Assembly (NCBI GenBank): GCA_964632315.1
Contig: CAZWEM010000036.1
Location: 1-33,198 of the forward strand
DNA length: 33,198 bases
Direction: 5' to 3'
From: an uncultured archaeon
GTDB lineage: Archaea; Asgardarchaeota; Lokiarchaeia; Sigyniarchaeales; SOKP01
Program-made: the position numbers and the translations under genes
The notes under the pieces: generated by a model
What the model was told of the DNA's origin: nothing
Databases searched by the model: none
Seen by the model: only the letters and a program-made list of their open reading frames with translations
Part shown: one piece after another, positions 27,286 to 33,198 of the stretch
Numbering within the stretch: the first letter of the stretch is position 1
Layout: each line of letters opens with the position of its first letter

Positions 27286-28678
27286 CTTCTCCACTCGCCC
27301 AAACGTATGTTTGAAGGCCGTCCTTCTTCACCTTGTCTGTAAGTTCGCCATCATCCGACAATATCGCAACATCGCCAGTCTCCACCAATTGGTGTAGATG
27401 ATGTCGAAGTTCGTCCGCGCTACAATATCGACTGACTTTGCGGGTAAGTTCGCGTTGTGTAATTGGAGTATGTCGCTCAATGATGTTGCTAATGTTCTTT
27501 CGGGCTTTCGCCTCCGGACCCAGCCTAACACCATCAGTCGCTTCAGATCCGTTTCGGTAGGCGACGTCAAGGATCTTTTTCGCACTGAACAGGTCGTCAA
27601 GCGAGATCTCATTGCCAACTTCGTATCGCTGTATCCGGAGCAGCGTGGCGACCTTGAGTAGATTGATGTCTTTGCGGGCGACTTCATTCTGTTCCTCCTC
27701 GCTCATCGAGCGCTTTTTCGTCCAGTGCCCCTCATACCACTTTCGGTAAAACTCATCTGCTTGGGGAGTGAAGTGATATTCTCCTCGTGCATATCGCGAG
27801 ATCCACCACAACCTCTCAGCAAGATCGTCGAGTGTTGGTAGCCCGTCTTGGACTGAAGGCCGCGGAAAGCATCTCGTTGATTGCCTACAGTACACGATGT
27901 TGAGCCGGCTTACAAACCCTCCACCAGAAGCGTCTTCGGGGAAGGAGTTTTTGAAGTTGTCCGGAGTCGCCGCACTGAGGATAGTCATGTAGATGTTGCG
28001 AAGCTTCTCATGTCCGTCGCCCTTCGTGTACACCTCATCAGCGTCCAGTCCGTCGTAGAAGGAAGTTAGGGCGCCAATGAGTGTGTTGTTGTACTTCGCC
28101 TTATTGACGAGCTTCACCAACTCGTTGAGGAAAAACGACACTTGGCTACCGCGGTCCACCTCTACGAGTGTTCCGTCACTGCGAGTTGTGGTCTGCGCTT
28201 GGGGTTTCAGCCACGCACTCAGTCCTTCAGCTGTTATTTTTCCGCGGAAAACATTGAGATACTCACGAACCCTCTCGGGATTATCTGGTTCGAAATCGAT
28301 GAACCGCTGGGCTATTTTGTCCACGACGTTTATGGCTGCCGTTTTCTTCATCCCAGGTTGCCCAACGAGGACGGTGAACAGGTTGAGCCACAACGGATCC
28401 GGATACCACGGACCGTGCCACGCCATCCTGCGAACAACGGCGCTTAGTAGATTGAGCCCAGACCAGATAACGTACTCAGTTGTCGTTTCCATAAGTCGGG
28501 TTGCCAGTATGAGATCTGTGATGAAGCCTCTCTGAGGGACGAGTGCGTCTCCAGGCTCCGGCTTCCACAAGTGCGAAATAGGTCTTTCGTCGAAAGGTTT
28601 CGGAGGGTTGTCTGCGGTGAATTTCGATTGCCGGAGGGGCCGCGGCTTCCCTGTGTTGAAGTCTATCCAGTTTGCCAT
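27278..28678 (-). CDS. DUF3987-like P-loop ATPase, putative replicative helicase
   Basis: NLFTVLVGQPGMKKT (Walker A-like), TAEGL, FFLNEL (Walker B position), GGGFVSR (Arg finger) and a C-terminal winged helix. Adjacent to the polymerase. Confidence 0.7.
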   Translation of the reverse strand: MANWIDFNTGKPRPLRQSKFTADNPPKPFDERPISHLWKPEPGDALVPQRGFITDLILATRLMETTTEYVIWSGLNLLSAVVRRMAWHGPWYPDPLWLNLFTVLVGQPGMKKTAAINVVDKIAQRFIDFEPDNPERVREYLNVFRGKITAEGLSAWLKPQAQTTTRSDGTLVEVDRGSQVSFFLNELVKLVNKAKYNNTLIGALTSFYDGLDADEVYTKGDGHEKLRNIYMTILSAATPDNFKNSFPEDASGGGFVSRLNIVYCRQSTRCFPRPSVQDGLPTLDDLAERLWWISRYARGEYHFTPQADEFYRKWYEGHWTKKRSMSEEEQNEVARKDINLLKVATLLRIQRYEVGNEISLDDLFSAKKILDVAYRNGSEATDGVRLGPEAKARKNISNIIERHTPITQRELTRKVSRYCSADELRHHLHQLVETGDVAILSDDGELTDKVKKDGLQTYVWASGEDD

Positions 28679-31416
28679 TATGCCGCATCCCGCTCAAACG
28701 CCTTCAAGTCACCCCAGCTTCCACCAACTTCAACGTCAACCGGGAACTTCACGATCCTTCCGCGGAAGTCGACCTGTGCTGCCATCACCTCATTCACAAG
28801 GTTGATCAGCTCCTCCACCTCGTTCTCCCATGCCTCAAATATGAGTTGGTCATGAATCTGTATCTGGAACACAGAGCGCATCTCCCGTTCTCTCATGATG
28901 TCGTGGAGACGAATCGTTGCCATGTTGATAACGTGAGCGGCTGCTGACTGAGCGGGAAAGTTGAGTGCTTGCCGAACAATACCATTTTTGTCGCCATAGA
29001 AGGTGCGTGTCCGCTTGAAGGCACTGGTGTACTTCCTATAGCGAATGCGACCTCTGTACTGCTCAGGGATATCTTCCTGTCGGATGCCGGGTTTGTTGAT
29101 GTTGTCCTCGACCAGCTGGCGCCACAATGCGTAGGTAGGGTTAGCCTCGAAGTAGCGACGGGTCGCGCGCTGGAAGTCGGCGAAGGACAAGCGAATGTCA
29201 GGCACTTCAGTTATGACTTTCTCGTAAATACCGCGCTCAGTTCCCCCATAATTGAACAGGCCGAACTGTACCGTTTTTGCCGCCCGACGCATCGTGTCCC
29301 ACTTCTTGTCGTCCTTGTCGATTTGGAAAAGGTCGCGGGTGTTGATATCGTGTTGGTTAAGCCCCTCCTCGAATATGCGGATGAGGTTCGGCTCCATCGT
29401 CTCATAGGCCATGGTTCCGACCTCGAGGTTGATGTAGTCGGCACTGATGAACAGGCGGCCAGGCGGCGCAATGAACGACTTTCGCGCGTCTTTTTCGCGT
29501 TTCGGCCAGTTCTGTAGATCAATATCTTTCGACGAGTAACGTCCGGTTGCCGTGCCGATCGGTGAGAGGTGGGTGTAGATACGTCCCTTCTCGTCGGTTT
29601 TGAGGCGAGTGTAAGTGGAGATGAGTTTCTCGTTTCGCGCCCATATGTCGTAGGCAGTGAGCCACTTGAAGAGTTTGTCGAGCTGAGCTTTCTCCGCCTC
29701 ATGTTCCTCGGTCGGCCGACGGTAGAGACAAAGCTGGTCATAGCGCTTTTGGGCGAAAGCTCGAAGTCGCATTCTGTTGCCTTTGTCAGTTTTCATGAGC
29801 TTCTGACCATCGGTACGCTTTCCCTTGAACCCTATCGGCTGCCACAGCGGTGTCGTATTCTCCCACACACGTACTACTGCAGAATCGTCGGCAAACGCTT
29901 GCGTGTCATCTCGTACTACCTTCGCCGAAAGTCGCTTTGCCTGACGCGCGGCAGCCGCCCCATACTTCGAATCAGGCAGACCGTAGAGGAAAAGGCGTAA
30001 GTCGGAATCGTTGGTAAGCTTGAATTCCGGCGGTAAGTTCGCGGATTCGTAGAGGAACTTTGTGGCTGTCTTCATCTCCTTCTCGAGGCGAGTACGCCAC
30101 CGCTCGTTCTCTTCCTTATCCACCAACACACCGGTGAGCATCATTTCCATCGTTGCTGGCAACAGGGGAAGTTCTTCTTCGTAGTACACACTCTCTGATC
30201 CGCTTTCACGAAGGTCTTCGAGGAGTCCTGGGAGATCCTGCAGTAGAACAACGCAGTCGCGGCAGTTGTAGGTCCGGACACGTTTATCGGGGAGGGTAAG
30301 AATACTGACATCCTTTTTCAGTACGTTTTTCCAGAACGGTGTGTCACCGTAGACAGAGGTGATGAATCCGATGTTATGAGGAAGCTCGGGGGAGATTACG
30401 TGGTGGATTAGTAGGGTGTCGTGTTCGACTGAGCGCATCGTTGCAGGATAGCTATCGTGGTAGAGAAATGGGATATCGAACAGCCCGTACTGCAGTACAA
30501 GACGTGCGCCCTGTAGCACCTCTCCTACCAATTTTCGTACCTCTACGACCTCATCATCAGGCCAGTACTTTCCCCCACCCTGCTTCAACAGCGGTATGCA
30601 GATCGCATCTTCTTTCGACCAACCGAATCCGATGCAAACGGTTGTGCCACCTTCGAGTGCGGTGGTTTCAATGTCGATTGCTATGAGGCGATCACGCTTT
30701 AGGGCAAGATCCCGAAACGCGCGGACATCTTGGAGGGTGGGGTAAATGTTGAAGCGCTCTTTGGGGCGCGTCCAACCTTCGCGCGCGATACGTTCAGCTT
30801 TCGTGAGGTCAGCATGCCACACCAGTTCACGATCTACGGTCCCCTGGCCGATAGCATCGTCATCTGTTTTGGATGTATTGACAAAGCGTGCATGAAGGAA
30901 GGCTGCAGGATGGTAGGTGGGAATGACCAGAAGGTCATATTCTTCGGAAGGATCCTCAACGATAGAGCGTGTTTTGAGTGAGAGAGCGAATACCGATCCG
31001 CGGACATCTGTGACACTTCCCTCGATACCGAGAGTATTGAAGGCGTTCGCGCCGAGTGCCACAACAACGCGCAGGTGCTTCTCTGCGACAAGCCACTCCA
31101 GCTCCTCCCAGAATCCGTTCATCTCGTGCTGGAGGGCTTCGATCGCTTCCTTCGAGTTGAACTTGTTTTCAGGCGGCCGGCGCGTTAGGACGTTCGTGAC
31201 CCAACACTTTGGGCGATAGATCCCGCACATTGCAAGGCCCTTGTCGAGCTTCTCCCCTGCCCTACCTACGAATGGGTCCCCAGTAGCGTCTTCATCCGCC
31301 CCAGGTGCCTCTCCTATGAATGCAAGTGCCACATCGCCGGCGGGCCCGGTCCCCCACACGGCGCGCTTACTTTCCAGAGCGTAACCGGGTTTTATCAGCT
31401 TTCGGATGTAACGCAT
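28678..31416 (-). CDS. Family A DNA polymerase with N-terminal uracil-DNA glycosylase-like domain and 3'-5' exonuclease
   Basis: UDG motifs GEAPG..ED..G.PFVG.AG, TNV...RPP and TYHPAA. Exonuclease motifs DIETT, FD and YNCRD. Polymerase motifs TGRYSS, ADY..LE, RRAAK...FG and QIHD. Confidence 0.93.
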   Translation of the reverse strand: MRYIRKLIKPGYALESKRAVWGTGPAGDVALAFIGEAPGADEDATGDPFVGRAGEKLDKGLAMCGIYRPKCWVTNVLTRRPPENKFNSKEAIEALQHEMNGFWEELEWLVAEKHLRVVVALGANAFNTLGIEGSVTDVRGSVFALSLKTRSIVEDPSEEYDLLVIPTYHPAAFLHARFVNTSKTDDDAIGQGTVDRELVWHADLTKAERIAREGWTRPKERFNIYPTLQDVRAFRDLALKRDRLIAIDIETTALEGGTTVCIGFGWSKEDAICIPLLKQGGGKYWPDDEVVEVRKLVGEVLQGARLVLQYGLFDIPFLYHDSYPATMRSVEHDTLLIHHVISPELPHNIGFITSVYGDTPFWKNVLKKDVSILTLPDKRVRTYNCRDCVVLLQDLPGLLEDLRESGSESVYYEEELPLLPATMEMMLTGVLVDKEENERWRTRLEKEMKTATKFLYESANLPPEFKLTNDSDLRLFLYGLPDSKYGAAAARQAKRLSAKVVRDDTQAFADDSAVVRVWENTTPLWQPIGFKGKRTDGQKLMKTDKGNRMRLRAFAQKRYDQLCLYRRPTEEHEAEKAQLDKLFKWLTAYDIWARNEKLISTYTRLKTDEKGRIYTHLSPIGTATGRYSSKDIDLQNWPKREKDARKSFIAPPGRLFISADYINLEVGTMAYETMEPNLIRIFEEGLNQHDINTRDLFQIDKDDKKWDTMRRAAKTVQFGLFNYGGTERGIYEKVITEVPDIRLSFADFQRATRRYFEANPTYALWRQLVEDNINKPGIRQEDIPEQYRGRIRYRKYTSAFKRTRTFYGDKNGIVRQALNFPAQSAAAHVINMATIRLHDIMREREMRSVFQIQIHDQLIFEAWENEVEELINLVNEVMAAQVDFRGRIVKFPVDVEVGGSWGDLKAFERDAA

Positions 31417-31427
31417 GTGGCACTCCT

Positions 31428-31793
31428 TTATTGGATAATCGATATTGCTGTCATTACGAGAAACGCAACTGTGGTCACGACAGCGGCTGTCTTGAATAGA
31501 TCGCGCTGACGCTGCGCTTTGTCGAGATCCTCGGTCACCTGTTTGATCAGGTTGTCTTTTGCGGGAATGACCGTAGAGCGCAGGTAGGAGAGATCTTTCG
31601 CGTTCTGGTCAGCTTTCTCGGCAGCGGCACGGTTCAACGCGAACACGGGATACTCGCTTATTTTCGAGATGTCGGCTGGTGAGTTCAGGACAGTAACAGT
31701 AGGCGTGTCAGTCGGGCCTGTCTTGTTGTCCACCGCCCAGATTGTGCTCGAGATCAGAAGCAAGCTCACTATCAGACATATTACCCGTCGCAT
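31428..31793 (-). CDS. Exported protein with signal peptide, coiled coil and C-terminal hydrophobic anchor (spanin-like)
   Basis: MRRVICLIVSLLLISSTIWA signal; C-terminal AAVVTTVAFLVMTAISIIQ; AGGAGGT SD. Confidence 0.6.
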   Translation of the reverse strand: MRRVICLIVSLLLISSTIWAVDNKTGPTDTPTVTVLNSPADISKISEYPVFALNRAAAEKADQNAKDLSYLRSTVIPAKDNLIKQVTEDLDKAQRQRDLFKTAAVVTTVAFLVMTAISIIQ

Positions 31794-31959
31794 CCTTTAC
31801 CTCCTGTTCGTGTTCTGCTGTCGCCTTATTGATGGCGTCGTTCTTGTCTCGCGCCACCTGCCCGTCACTTCTTCCGGCTTGTCTTCGGTTTCGCAGCTCG
31901 AGCACCACCACGAGGACTATCAGTCCTCCCACTATCACCAACAGTACCGCTGTGCTCAT
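31708..31959 (-). CDS. N-terminally anchored membrane protein (i-spanin/Rz-like)
   Basis: One N-terminal TM followed by a helical charged tail. AAGGAGGT SD. Overlaps the next gene by 86 nt. Confidence 0.6.
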   Translation of the reverse strand: MSTAVLLVIVGGLIVLVVVLELRNRRQAGRSDGQVARDKNDAINKATAEHEQEVKDATGNMSDSELASDLEHNLGGGQQDRPD

Positions 31960-32527
31960 CCTTCACCTCCTTTTCCTCGTAGAGTGTGCGACGATAGGCC
32001 TCACGCGAGGTCGTAGCGATCGCCCACGGGTAACGTGCTCTTGCGAGCCACGCCAGTCCGTCGTTCGGATCGAGCTCTGGACCGAACTCGACATACAGCT
32101 TCATCTGCTGGGAGGCGAGAATTGTGGGCTCGTCCTCGGTGCCGTCCTCGAGCACAAGATGGAGTTCGTTTACCGCAGTTCCCGCATAACGTCTTGCGAG
32201 TACTCGGTAGATGACCCAGTTTGCGATGTTCAAGGCTTCCGATGTTGGATTACCTTGCCAGTAGAGGTACGTGACACACTGCGGGTAGGTAGCACGCAGG
32301 GCCCCTACAAGTACCCGGAGTTCTGTCACAGGCACGAGTTCAAACCCCTCAAGGAGAAAGTGCCACTTCGCTCCGAGAAGCGCGAGGCGTGTCCGATCTA
32401 TGAAAGGTTTCAGGTCATCTGCTGTGGCTATCGGTTTCCCGCCTGCCTGTACACGGATCGCACAGACTAAGCTTCCAGTATTGAAGCCTGTTCGGATATT
32501 CTCGACTGTTATGCTTTTGATTTTCAC
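31865..32527 (-). CDS. Degenerate QueE/NrdG-like protein lacking the radical-SAM cysteine motif
   Basis: GTG 32527 with GGAGG SD. Motif order resembles QueE (see findings). No CxxxCxxC. Confidence 0.5.
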   Translation of the reverse strand: MKIKSITVENIRTGFNTGSLVCAIRVQAGGKPIATADDLKPFIDRTRLALLGAKWHFLLEGFELVPVTELRVLVGALRATYPQCVTYLYWQGNPTSEALNIANWVIYRVLARRYAGTAVNELHLVLEDGTEDEPTILASQQMKLYVEFGPELDPNDGLAWLARARYPWAIATTSREAYRRTLYEEKEVKDEHSGTVGDSGRTDSPRGGARAAKPKTSRKK

Positions 32528-32537
32528 TATTGCCTCC

Positions 32538-32568
32538 AAACAAAAGGCGGCCCCGTTAGGAGGCCGCC
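32538..32568 (-). terminator. Rho-independent terminator after the SSB-like gene
   Basis: Minus strand reads GGCGGCC-loop-GGCCGCC followed by TTTTGTTT. Confidence 0.8.
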
Positions 32569-32597
32569 CTTGTCCAAGTAAGGGTGGCTGCAGGCCG

Positions 32598-33020
32598 TCA
32601 GCTGGCAGTGGGTGCGGGGACGTACTTTGCGACGCGATGCCGCGCCTCGCCCTCGAACGGCTCCTGCTTCGTGCGAAAGTACACGACTTTCCCGTCCAGC
32701 TCGTCGTCGTCGAACCCACTGTCGTCGAACGGAATTTCGGCCGCGGTGAGGAACTGGTTCAGGCGAACCCGCGCCATCTTTCCACCATCCTTGTGGGTCT
32801 TCTGCGGCAGCACGAGCTGATCGAAGACTCTCCGCCCCTGCGGGTCGGCACCGTTCTCCTGCACCGGACCTTCGATGACTTCGATGTCCAATGACAGCAT
32901 CGGGTCATTCGTCTTGGTCTTGGTCCACTCGTGCTTCAGGATGCTTCCCGCATACAGAGCAACGTCCAGTGGGGGATCGGGCAGGCCATCAGTCTCGAGA
33001 TTGGAAACATCTACGCGCAT
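32598..33020 (-). CDS. DUF669-like OB-fold single-stranded DNA-binding protein
   Basis: Y..I...EWTKTK...PMLSLDIEVIEG...GRRVFDQL...RLNQFL.A...L.GK pattern. ATG 33020 with AAGGAGG SD. Confidence 0.7.
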   Translation of the reverse strand: MRVDVSNLETDGLPDPPLDVALYAGSILKHEWTKTKTNDPMLSLDIEVIEGPVQENGADPQGRRVFDQLVLPQKTHKDGGKMARVRLNQFLTAAEIPFDDSGFDDDELDGKVVYFRTKQEPFEGEARHRVAKYVPAPTAS

Positions 33021-33096
33021 ATGCGCCTCCTTGTGCTCCCGGAGGAGCGATTGGTATAGCCTCAACGCGAGGCTACGGTGGGGCTTACTGCCCCGA

Positions 33097-33136
33097 CACA
33101 GGTGGGGGGAATCGAACCCCCCTAACCGCTACCTGT
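33097..33136 (-). ncRNA. Minimal tRNA-like element (acceptor stem + D-loop mimic + T-arm, no anticodon arm)
   Basis: Minus strand reads ACAGGT-AGCGGTTA-GGGGGG-TTCGATT-CCCCCC-ACCTGT-G. Confidence 0.6.
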
Positions 33137-33198
33137 TAGTGAGTAATGGGAATGTGAGCGAGATCGTAGAGAGCGAGTGTGACGTTGCGAGTCATCCT

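Larger units (their letters stand above)
1..33198. mobile_element. Tailed dsDNA bacteriophage (podovirus-like) genome segment
   Basis: Ordered terminase-portal-scaffold-capsid-adaptor-fibre-nozzle-ejection protein module. There is no tape measure or sheath gene. A convergent replication module with a family A polymerase follows. No host housekeeping genes are seen. Confidence 0.95.

Noticed and set aside
32528-32719. Upstream extension of ORF 31865..32719
   Set aside because: It runs through a terminator and the SSB gene. GTG 32527 has a GGAGG SD.
33060-33198. Full-length canonical tRNA gene
   Set aside because: The T-arm is present, but the acceptor 5' strand lies only 8 nt upstream of it, leaving no room for D and anticodon arms. 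Reported as a tRNA-like element instead.
1-33198. Lysogeny module (integrase, att sites) or CRISPR array
   Set aside because: No tyrosine or serine recombinase motifs, and no regularly spaced repeats were seen. Lifestyle cannot be determined from this window.

Overview
This window is most of a tailed dsDNA bacteriophage genome with podovirus-like organisation; no integrase, attachment site or host gene is visible. Back-to-back sigma70-type promoters at ~1651-1736 split it. To the left, a minus-strand operon encodes a hypothetical protein, a GroES-like co-chaperonin, a LexA-type DNA-binding domain and a J-domain protein. To the right, a ~25 kb plus-strand morphogenesis operon encodes terminase, portal, scaffold, decoration protein, major capsid, adaptor, tail fibres, a lysis-like membrane cluster, nozzle and ejection/internal virion proteins. 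A converging minus-strand replication block encodes a DUF669-like SSB, a QueE-like protein, a spanin-like pair, a uracil-DNA-glycosylase-family-A-polymerase fusion, a DUF3987-like ATPase and an HTH protein. The most unusual observations are: (1) a 39-nt anticodon-less tRNA mimic heading a hairpin array upstream of the SSB gene; (2) a QueE-like protein that has lost the radical-SAM cysteines, upstream of a UDG-PolA with altered active-site motifs; (3) a single in-frame amber codon splitting an ejection-protein gene; (4) a papain-like Cys-His-Asp protein in the endolysin position. All family assignments come from motif recognition by eye, not from database searches.
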